From: Oscillospiraceae bacterium
GTDB taxonomy: Bacteria > Bacillota > Clostridia > Oscillospirales > Oscillospiraceae
Length of the DNA: 24,000 nt
Direction of reading: 5' to 3'
Assembly (NCBI GenBank): GCA_910575505.1
Contig: CAJTFK010000014.1
Coordinates: forward strand, 79,540-103,539
The stretch's first letter is position 1. Each line of letters opens with the position of its first letter. Position numbers and translations under genes: made by a program. The notes below the pieces were generated by a model. That model ran no database searches. It worked only from the letters and a program-made list of their open reading frames with translations, and was not told where the DNA came from. Positions 15,901 through 23,021 of the stretch are shown in pieces.

Positions 15901-15988
15901 ATCTTTTATCCACCCCTTGATTATTCGGGAGGGGGAGTGAGGGGAACTGGAATGCCTCTCGCTGCTCCTTGAAAATCAAATATCAGCA

Positions 15989-16327
15989 GTACGGGAAACC
16001 GCCCGGACAGACGAGCGTCCAGTAGCGCACGCCATGACACCGGAGGAATGTAAGCATCCAATTCCTGCACGGCTCCGGGTGGAGCCGTGCAGGGCCCCTC
16101 CGACGAGCGAGAATGCCACCCGCTGGGACGGCCTTTGGCAGGGCCGCCAGCGTTGACCCTGTCCGGGTACACAATGAGACACCTCTGCGCGGCCTGAGAT
16201 CCAGGTTGCGGGGCTGCCTTGGGGTTGAAAGCAGTAGAGACCCCTGGTATATGCCCGTGCGGGTTTAGCCGAACCCGTCCCGTACTGTTCCCGATCCACC
16301 GGGGCGCGAGCTGCGAATACGGTGGAT
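15989..16327 (+). ncRNA. Candidate structured RNA (unknown class) in the GC-rich leader of the helicase gene
   Basis: A consistent nested helix set was found by hand.
- Long-range helices: 15989-15996/16278-16285 (8 bp), 16002-16010/16159-16167 (9 bp), 16041-16046/16097-16102 (6 bp).
- Hairpins: 16065-16092 (perfect 12 bp, loop GGGT), 16121-16152 (6+5 bp with a bulge), 16188-16210 (9 bp including two G-U), 16260-16277 (6 bp plus a G-U).
- 3' hairpin: 16294-16327 (8 bp).
The G-U pairs only work on the + strand. The overlapping minus-strand ORFs look like non-coding GC-rich sequence. Confidence 0.35.
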
Positions 16328-16367
16328 TTGACTGAAGAAAACGAACGAATTTAGGGGAACTTTAAGG

Positions 16368-18284
16368 ATGAATGATTATAACAGGCAAAACTCCCATAAC
16401 AAGATTGACCATATTTTCAAGGATCTACTTCCGGCTCAGGGAATGCCGGAGCGCCCGGAGCAGATCGCCCTGAGCCATCGGATGCTGGAGGCCATGCAGG
16501 ACGGCGGCATCGCCCTCTGCGACGCCGGGACTGGCATTGGAAAGACCTACGCTTATCTCGTTGCCGCAACGGTTTTCCATAGCCTGCACCTCGCCCAGCC
16601 TATCCTCATTTCCACCTCCAGCATCGCCTTGCAGAAGGCCGTGCGGGACGAGTACCTGCCTCTTCTCTCCACTGTTTTGACAGAGGATGGAATGATCACA
16701 GAGCCCCTCCAAGCGGTAATCCGCAAGGGCAAATCCCACTACGTCTGCGACCAGCGGCTGGAACGGCGGCTGGGGCAGTTGGACCTCCGAAAGAAAAACT
16801 GGAGAGCCGGAAACGCCCTGCTTTCCCTGCGGGAGAGGCTGGACCTGGACGAAGCGCCCCGCCTCAGTGGTTATGACCGAGAGCGGGTGTGCGTCCCCAA
16901 TGTCTGCGACTGCCAGCGGGAAAACTGCCGGTACCGCGCCTTCCTGGACAGCTGCGACAGCGGTCAATTTCCCTTCCAAATTTGCAATCACAACCTTTTG
17001 CTGGCGGACGCCATCCACCGGGGAACAGGCCGTCAGCCCATCCTGCCGGACAGCCTCGCCGTCATCATCGACGAGGCCCACAAGCTGCCGGAAACAGCCC
17101 GGCAGATGTTCGGCGTTACCCTTCGGGCCGAGGACATCCAGGGCCTCATCCAGGACCTGCGGCGGGAAAAATATCTGCTGGCGGCAGACGCTCTGGCGGA
17201 CACCTCCCGTCTCTTCCTTCGGAAACTGGAGCGGCCCCACAACCCGGACCGGCGATTTTCCGAATACGCCCGTCTGCTGGTGGCCCCGAACCGGGCTCTG
17301 ACCGTGGTCCGAAAGCAGGTCAATCCCCTGCTCTCCGCCTCTACGCGCCGGCGCCTAGACAAGCTGGCCACCACTGTGGCCCTGTTCAGCGAGGGCCGCC
17401 CAGATATGGTCTTCTACCTGGCGGAGGACTCCCGTGACACCGTTATGCTCTGCGCCACGGTAGCAGACCTGACCGCACAACTCCAGAGCACCCTCTGGAA
17501 CCAGCCCAGGCCCATCATCCTCACCTCTGGCACTCTCGCCGTTGGCAGCGACTTTCACCGCTTCCGGGAGGAAGCGGGCCTGCTGGCGGACAGCCGGGTG
17601 ATGGAGTCTGTTTCGCTTTCCCCGTTTGACTATCGTGAAAACTGTCTGCTGTATGTCCCGCAGTTTCCGCCCGGTCAGAGAAACGAAGCGTATTACGACA
17701 GGCTTACCGACGAGATCGCCTTACTGCTGAACGCGGCCCGCGGCCATGCCCTAGTGCTTTTCACCTCCTACGCCGCCATGTCCGCCGTGAAGGAACGCCT
17801 GACGGCAAAGGAGCTTCTCTGGCCCATGTTCACCCTGGGCCGGAACGCAGTCCACACCACAGAGCAGTTCAAGGCCAGTCCTGGAAGCGTCCTGCTGGCC
17901 ACCGGGGCCGCCTGGGAGGGCTTCGATTTCCCCGGCGACTGCGTGTCCCTGCTGGTAATCCCCCGCCTGCCCTTCGCCCGCCCGGACGCTCTGAAAGAGA
18001 AGGAGCGGGAAGCCTTTCCGAACCTGCATTCTTTTATCCAGGCCATCGTCGTGCCGGAGATGCAGATCAAGCTGAAGCAGGGCTTCGGCAGGGCCATCCG
18101 TACCGAAACGGACACCTGCGTCGTCGCCATCCTGGACGAGAGGTCTGTCCCTGGGCAGCGTTACTTCGAGGATGTGAAAACCGCCCTGCCGGATATGCGG
18201 ATCACCGACAGCCTCCAGGATGTGGAGGCGTTCATCCGCAGCGTCAAGGGGCCGGATTACTTCCGGGAGGGCGGCGAATGGTGA
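16368..18284 (+). CDS. DinG/XPD(Rad3)-family ATP-dependent DNA helicase with an Fe-S cluster domain
   Basis: 638 aa. Walker A CDAGTGIGKTYAY, the DEAH box VIIDEAHKL, the Cys cluster ...YVCDQR...CVPNVCDCQRENCRYRAFLDSC..., and a C-terminal helicase region ...TSGTL...GAAWEGFDFPG.... Confidence 0.85.
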   Translation: MNDYNRQNSHNKIDHIFKDLLPAQGMPERPEQIALSHRMLEAMQDGGIALCDAGTGIGKTYAYLVAATVFHSLHLAQPILISTSSIALQKAVRDEYLPLLSTVLTEDGMITEPLQAVIRKGKSHYVCDQRLERRLGQLDLRKKNWRAGNALLSLRERLDLDEAPRLSGYDRERVCVPNVCDCQRENCRYRAFLDSCDSGQFPFQICNHNLLLADAIHRGTGRQPILPDSLAVIIDEAHKLPETARQMFGVTLRAEDIQGLIQDLRREKYLLAADALADTSRLFLRKLERPHNPDRRFSEYARLLVAPNRALTVVRKQVNPLLSASTRRRLDKLATTVALFSEGRPDMVFYLAEDSRDTVMLCATVADLTAQLQSTLWNQPRPIILTSGTLAVGSDFHRFREEAGLLADSRVMESVSLSPFDYRENCLLYVPQFPPGQRNEAYYDRLTDEIALLLNAARGHALVLFTSYAAMSAVKERLTAKELLWPMFTLGRNAVHTTEQFKASPGSVLLATGAAWEGFDFPGDCVSLLVIPRLPFARPDALKEKEREAFPNLHSFIQAIVVPEMQIKLKQGFGRAIRTETDTCVVAILDERSVPGQRYFEDVKTALPDMRITDSLQDVEAFIRSVKGPDYFREGGEW

Positions 18285-18427
18285 ACGTCAAGAGCGAAAT
18301 CCAGTACATACTGGTCACCCGCACCCTGGAGGATATGGCCCAGGCGGGCTTCCTGACGGCGGAGGAATTGAACGCCGCCAAGCGCCTCGCCATGGAGAAA
18401 TACCGCCCCTCAGCTGTATGGGAATAG
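18278..18427 (+). CDS. Small ORF (49 aa) overlapping the helicase stop (ATGGTGA)
   Basis: MVNVKSEIQYILVTRTLEDMAQAGFLTAEELNAAKRLAMEKYRPSAVWE. The ATG at 18278 overlaps the helicase TGA (18282-18284). It is too short for the ORF track. Its last ~16 nt are duplicated at 18848-18863. Confidence 0.4.
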   Translation: MVNVKSEIQYILVTRTLEDMAQAGFLTAEELNAAKRLAMEKYRPSAVWE

Positions 18428-18497
18428 TTCTGGATATTCCCCAAAGGGTGTGGTAGTGTCTGCATTACCAAACAGGAAAGAAGGATTTGACATGGCA
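18412..18497 (+). repeat. Direct repeat copy A (3' tail of the small ORF + leader + start codon of a recombinase gene)
   Basis: An ungapped hand alignment with 18848-18933 gives 62 of 86 identical positions, including an identical 20-mer gggaatagttctggatat... Confidence 0.6.
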
Positions 18498-18863
18498 AAT
18501 GCAGTAAGAACAGTTTCTCGCACCGCTATATACTGCCGGGGCGGCAGCCACAAAGCGCAGGGCAGACTCTGCAAGGAAGAAATCCTTGCTCATGAGAACT
18601 GGACATTGGCGGACACATATGCGGATGTAGAAATTCCTGACAGCCAGATGCGGGGCTCTCGGACCGCTTTCAACCGAATGCTGGAGGACTGCCGGAAGGG
18701 AAAGCTCGACAAGATCGTAACCATGTCCGTCTCCCGGTTTGCCCGGAACCTCTCCGACGGCCTGACGATTCTGCGGGAACTGAGCGCCATGGGCGTGACC
18801 GTCCACTTCGTCATGGAGAGCATTGACACGGAATCCTTTCTGGCACAAGCTGTTCGGGAATAG
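18492..18863 (+). pseudogene. Truncated, degenerate serine-recombinase (resolvase) catalytic-domain fragment
   Basis: 123 aa. It aligns with the N-terminus of the next gene (YADV../YADE.., FNRMLEDCRKGKLDKIV/FNRMLSDCRKGRIDKVL, SRFARN/SRFSRN, GVTVHF/GVTVQF, IDTE). The nucleophile context YCRVST is replaced by YCRGGS plus an ~8-aa deletion. The ORF stops right after the catalytic domain. Confidence 0.6.
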
Positions 18864-18933
18864 TTCTGGATATCTCCGCCGGGGTATGGTACTGTTGGCG
18901 TTGCCAAAATGGAAGGGAGGCAAAAGCATGGCA
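18848..18933 (+). repeat. Direct repeat copy B (leader of the first full-length serine recombinase)
   Basis: See copy A. Both copies end in catggca (Met-Ala) and both contain ..agctgtNNgggaaTAG with a stop codon at the same position. Confidence 0.6.
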
Positions 18934-20484
18934 GCGAATGTGAAAATTATCCCGCCCAGAGAGAAGGAAGTCTCTGTTCTGCGGGTCGCCGCTTATTGCC
19001 GGGTCAGCACGGACCACGCTGAGCAGGCGCTCTCTTACGCCTCCCAAATCCGCAATTACACCGACCTCATCAATGGCCACGAGGGCTGGGAGCTTGTAGA
19101 CGTCTACGCTGACGAGGCGGTTAGCGGCACGAAAACAGACAAGCGGGAGGACTTCAACCGGATGCTTTCCGACTGCCGGAAGGGCAGGATCGACAAAGTC
19201 CTGGTGAAGTCCCTTTCCCGCTTCTCCCGGAACACGAAGGACTGCCTCGCCTCCCTGCGGGAGCTGATGTCCCTCGGCGTTACCGTCCAATTTGAAAAAG
19301 AGAATATCGACACGGAAACGCTCACCACGGAATTCCTGGTGAGCGTTTTCGGCGCTCTGGCCCAGCAGGAGTCCGTGTCCATCTCCGAAAACGGACGCCA
19401 GGGCTTCCGGCGAAGAATGGAGCTGGGCCAGTTCATCACCACCAAGCCGCCTTACGGTTACCGCCTCAAAGGCAGCGGGTGCCTGGAGATTATCCCGGAG
19501 GAGGCGGAGCTGGTGCGGTGGGTGTTCGACGCCTACCTCAGCGGCCACAGTGTTGGCTGGATCGTCAACGATCTCATCAGCCGGGGTGTCCTGGACCGCA
19601 AGGGCAATGTTCACTGGACCACCCGCCAGATTTACTACTGGCTGTCAAACGAAAAGTACATTGGCGATACCCTCTGCCAGAAAACCTATAAAACCGGATT
19701 TCCTTTCACGCAGAAGATCAACCACGGCGAGGTGGACCAAATCTACGTCGAGAGCTCCCATCCCGCCATCATCAGCCGGGAGACGTTTGAGAAGGCCCAG
19801 GCCCTCCGGCAGAGAAAAAAGCATCGCCGGGACCGCCCCGACGGCGTCTACCCGCTGTCCCGAAAAATGTACTGCGAGGCTTGCGGGGAGGCCCTCTACC
19901 GGAGATCTACCCGGAAGGGAACTGCCGCCTGGAGCTGCCGGAATCACCTGAGAAACGCCTCCTCCTGCTCCGTGGGGCCCATCCCGGAGGAAGCAATCCA
20001 CGCCGCCTTCGCGCGGATGTACAACAAGCTCCGGCTCCACGACGGCGTCATTCTCAAGCCCGCCCTGGGCCAGCTGGACGCTCTGAACGAGGCCCGCCAG
20101 CGGAACAATCCCGCCATGCTGGCAGTGAACAGGGCCATCGCCGAGGCGTCCGACCAAAGCTATAAGGTCAGCGCCCTCCAGAGCAAGGGCGTTCTGGACG
20201 CCTCCGCCGGGGCCGCCAAGCTGCGGGAACTCGATGGCCGTCTGGCGGAGCTTCGGAAGGAGCGCCGCCGTCTGCTTAAGGAGGATGACCTGGAGGAAGC
20301 GCTGGACTCCTTTCGCCAGACAGTCAGTAAGATTCACAGCGGGCCGGACCACCTGGAGGACTTCGATGAAACCCTGTTTTCCGATCTGGTGGAGAAGGTC
20401 ACGGCGGAGTCTCGCTCCCGTATCCGCTTCCACCTCCGGGGCGGCATCGAACTGGCGGAGCGGGTTCAGGAGGATAAAGCATGA
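18928..20484 (+). CDS. Large serine recombinase (first of triplet)
   Basis: The start at ATG 18928 follows GGAAGGGAGG (the ORF track extends upstream to 18823). Motifs: VAAYCRVSTD, YADEAVSGT, SLSRFSRNTKD, a recombinase domain ...PPYGYRL..., a zinc ribbon CEACGEALYRR...WSCRNH...C and a C-terminal coiled coil. Confidence 0.9.
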   Translation: MAANVKIIPPREKEVSVLRVAAYCRVSTDHAEQALSYASQIRNYTDLINGHEGWELVDVYADEAVSGTKTDKREDFNRMLSDCRKGRIDKVLVKSLSRFSRNTKDCLASLRELMSLGVTVQFEKENIDTETLTTEFLVSVFGALAQQESVSISENGRQGFRRRMELGQFITTKPPYGYRLKGSGCLEIIPEEAELVRWVFDAYLSGHSVGWIVNDLISRGVLDRKGNVHWTTRQIYYWLSNEKYIGDTLCQKTYKTGFPFTQKINHGEVDQIYVESSHPAIISRETFEKAQALRQRKKHRRDRPDGVYPLSRKMYCEACGEALYRRSTRKGTAAWSCRNHLRNASSCSVGPIPEEAIHAAFARMYNKLRLHDGVILKPALGQLDALNEARQRNNPAMLAVNRAIAEASDQSYKVSALQSKGVLDASAGAAKLRELDGRLAELRKERRRLLKEDDLEEALDSFRQTVSKIHSGPDHLEDFDETLFSDLVEKVTAESRSRIRFHLRGGIELAERVQEDKA

Positions 20485-21236
20485 ATCGAAAAATTTTGTA
20501 CGGCTACCAGATTCAGGACGGAAAACTGGTCCTTCAGCCCCAAGAGGCCGAGGTAGTGAAACGGATATTCTCCATCTACCTGGAGGGGACCTATCAGTGG
20601 AAAATTGCGGACATTCTGAACGACGACGGCGTCCTGTACAGCCAGGAACGCCCTCAGTGGACCATGCACCGGGTGGGCTACATTCTGAAAAATCCCCGCT
20701 ACATGGGTGCCGACGGCTACCCCGCCATCATTGATGTCATGACCTTCCAAACGGCACAGGAAATCATTCAAAAACGGAAAAAGACCGTTCGCAGATCGGA
20801 CCGCCCAGCCCTTCGATACCGGGAAAAGCTGCGCTGCGGCAAATGCGGTGGCCCCCTAAAGCGGCGGTTCAGCGGACGGAAGCGAAAGGATACGCTGTAC
20901 CTTCAATGCGAGGGCTGCGGAGTCAGGACGGAAATCAAAGATGCCGATTTCCTGGCGGAAGTGGAGCGGCAGACGGCGGCGCATACGCCCTCGGAACAGC
21001 CCTCCACAGCCTATGAGCCGTCCGCCGATGCGGTCCGCCTGACCAACGCCATCAACCGGGGGCTGGAGCGACCAGACCAGCCGGAAGAAATCGTGAAATT
21101 GATTCTCCAAGGCGTTTCCGCCCGGTACGACTGCTTCTCACAGGAGGCCAATCCAATCGATATCCATGGCGAAAGAGCCATTCAATATATCACCGTCTCT
21201 GCGGACAACGCGGTGACGGTGACCTTCAAAGGATAG
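20481..21236 (+). CDS. Recombinase-domain + zinc-ribbon protein lacking the resolvase catalytic domain (second of triplet)
   Basis: 251 aa, starting directly at the recombinase-domain motif ILYGYQI. It contains CGKCGGPL...LQCEGCG. Its ATG overlaps the upstream stop (ATGA, 20481-20484). Confidence 0.75.
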   Translation: MNRKILYGYQIQDGKLVLQPQEAEVVKRIFSIYLEGTYQWKIADILNDDGVLYSQERPQWTMHRVGYILKNPRYMGADGYPAIIDVMTFQTAQEIIQKRKKTVRRSDRPALRYREKLRCGKCGGPLKRRFSGRKRKDTLYLQCEGCGVRTEIKDADFLAEVERQTAAHTPSEQPSTAYEPSADAVRLTNAINRGLERPDQPEEIVKLILQGVSARYDCFSQEANPIDIHGERAIQYITVSADNAVTVTFKG

Positions 21237-21263
21237 CGTAAGCCTACCGGGAAAGGACAGATT

Positions 21264-22901
21264 ATGGAACAGACTGTACGAGAAAAGCGAATACGGATCA
21301 TTCCCGCCACCAAGGAAAAAACGCCCGTCGGAGGCCCCTCTGGAAGGAAGCTGCGGGTGGCCGCTTACTGCCGGGTCTCCACCGACAGCGAGGAACAGCT
21401 CACCAGCTACACCTCTCAGAAGGAGTATTATACGCAGAAGATCGGAGAGAACCCTGATTGGGAATTTGCCGGAATTTTTGCCGACAGGGGCATTACAGGC
21501 ACCAGCATGAAAAAGCGGGCGGAATTCAACCGCATGATTGCCGCCTGCAAGCGAGGCCGCATTGACCTGATCCTCACCAAGTCTCTCTCCCGCTTCGCTC
21601 GGAATACGGTGGACTGTCTAGCCACCGTCCGTATGCTGAGAGGCCGGGGCATCGGGGTCCACTTCGAAAAGGAAAACATTAATACGCTCACGGAGGCCGG
21701 CGAGTTTATGATCACGCTGTTCAGCGGCTTCGCCCAGGCGGAAAGCGAGTCCATCCGGGGCAGTGTGATCTGGGGCATTCTGAAAAGCCGGGAGGCGGGG
21801 AACGTGCCCTTCCAATATACACGGCTGCTGGGCTACCGCCGGGGAGCGGACGGTGAGCCCGAGATCGACCCGGAGGAAGCGGAGGTGGTGCGGCGCATTT
21901 ATCGCCGGTACCTGGACGGGGCCAGCATCTTTGGGATTCAAAGAGAACTGGAACAGGAGCATGTCCCAACCGCCACCGGAGTGAAGCAGTGGTCCTGGCA
22001 GACCATCCACAATATTCTCACTAATGAGCGTTATATAGGTGATGCCCTGCTGCAAAAGACCTATACCACCGACTGCATCAGCAAAAAAATAGTGAAGAAC
22101 ACCGGCGAATTTCCGATGGTTTATGTGGAGAACAACCATCCGGCGATTATCTCCAGGGATATGTTCTATCAGGCGAAGGCGGAGATGGCCCGCCGTGCCA
22201 GTAAACGGAAGGTCATGCAGAAGACCGGCAAAACGGAGCAGGGGAAGTATTCCTCCAAGTACGCCCTCAGTGAACTGCTGATCTGCGGGGAATGTGGGAC
22301 GCCCTATAAGCGCTGCACCTGGGCCAGAAACGGCAAAAAGCGTATCGTTTGGCGGTGTGTTTCCCGCTTGGAATTCGGGAGAAAATACTGCCATGACTCG
22401 CCCTCGCTGGACGAGGAAAAGCTCCACAGGGCCATCGTTGCCGCCCTGAACGAGTACGGCGCCATCCGGGCTGAGGTGAAGGCCGGGGTCCTGGAGCTGG
22501 CGGGGCTGGCGCAGAGCCACGACGAAGGCGGCGGTGCAAGCCTCCTGGAGTTGAAGCAGAAGCTGGACGCCCTGACGGTAGAGCAGGCCGTACTGCTGGA
22601 CAAGGTGCTGGAGGATATGGACAGCCTGGAGCTGAACGCCCAGCTCGAGGCGGTGACGGCGGAGAAACAGGATATTCTGGATCAGATGCAGGCTCTTGAA
22701 GAAGATAAAAGCCGGCGGAGTCTGCGGGCCTCCAGGCAGCGGGAGATGGAGGCGTGGCTGGAGCAGCAACCGTTGTGCTTTACGGAATATGATGATACGA
22801 TTACCCACAAGTTTATAGAACGGATCACGGTGGTGGACGCCGCTACCATTCGGATCAAAATGAAAGATATTGATGTGGTGATCAGCGAAGGGCTGTGCTA
22901 A
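21264..22901 (+). CDS. Large serine recombinase (third of triplet)
   Basis: 545 aa. Motifs: VAAYCRVSTDSEEQ, FADRGITGTS, SLSRFARNTVD, GIGVHFEKENINT, LLGYRR, CGECGTPYKR...WRCVSR...C and a coiled-coil tail. Confidence 0.9.
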   Translation: MEQTVREKRIRIIPATKEKTPVGGPSGRKLRVAAYCRVSTDSEEQLTSYTSQKEYYTQKIGENPDWEFAGIFADRGITGTSMKKRAEFNRMIAACKRGRIDLILTKSLSRFARNTVDCLATVRMLRGRGIGVHFEKENINTLTEAGEFMITLFSGFAQAESESIRGSVIWGILKSREAGNVPFQYTRLLGYRRGADGEPEIDPEEAEVVRRIYRRYLDGASIFGIQRELEQEHVPTATGVKQWSWQTIHNILTNERYIGDALLQKTYTTDCISKKIVKNTGEFPMVYVENNHPAIISRDMFYQAKAEMARRASKRKVMQKTGKTEQGKYSSKYALSELLICGECGTPYKRCTWARNGKKRIVWRCVSRLEFGRKYCHDSPSLDEEKLHRAIVAALNEYGAIRAEVKAGVLELAGLAQSHDEGGGASLLELKQKLDALTVEQAVLLDKVLEDMDSLELNAQLEAVTAEKQDILDQMQALEEDKSRRSLRASRQREMEAWLEQQPLCFTEYDDTITHKFIERITVVDAATIRIKMKDIDVVISEGLC

Positions 22902-22914
22902 GCGAAGCATGAGG

Positions 22915-22970
22915 AAAGAGCGCAGGACCGGAGAGGCAAACGCCGACTCCGATCCTGCGCTCTTTGCTTA
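22915..22970 (+). terminator. Long hairpin after the recombinase triplet
   Basis: AAAGAGCGCAGGA (22915-22927) pairs with TCCTGCGCTCTTT (22953-22965) in a perfect 13 bp stem. An inner CGGAG/CTCCG pairing is present. The tail is TTTGCTT. Confidence 0.6.
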
Positions 22971-23021
22971 TGCCCCAAAACGCCCGAAGCCATTGTGCTG
23001 CAACGGTTTTTGGTCTGCATC

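Larger units (their letters stand above)
1839..23021. mobile_element. Interior and probable right end of an integrated element (ICE/IME-like) whose integration module is the serine recombinase triplet; boundaries uncertain
   Basis: Regulator-rich accessory gene content, a recombinase triplet at the right end abutting a truncated foreign recombinase gene, and a compositional break at ~1800. The left boundary is not demonstrable; no matching 5' half of the disrupted gene lies at 1784-1838. Confidence 0.4.

Noticed and set aside
16065-16092. Group II intron domain V, because of GAGCCGTG
   Set aside because: The hairpin is a perfect 12-bp stem with a GGGT loop. It lacks the 2-nt bulge, the GNRA loop and the ...ACGGTTC 3' strand, and no domain VI follows.
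16188-16210. TPP riboswitch, because of a CTGAGA in a hairpin loop
   Set aside because: The other THI-box elements (the ACCTGATCTGGATAATGCCAGCG-like segment and the GGGGTGC stem) are absent.
16425-17437. Long ORFs antisense to or out of frame with the helicase (16425-17240 minus, 16867-17301 and 16889-17437 plus)
   Set aside because: Their R/G/P/A-rich, low-complexity translations are typical of stop-poor alternative frames in GC-rich coding DNA. The helicase frame carries the canonical motifs.
18811-22910. Long minus-strand ORFs across the recombinase genes (18811-19614, 19645-20433, 21618-22910)
   Set aside because: These are the same GC-rich antisense artefact. The + strand frames contain unmistakable serine recombinase motifs.
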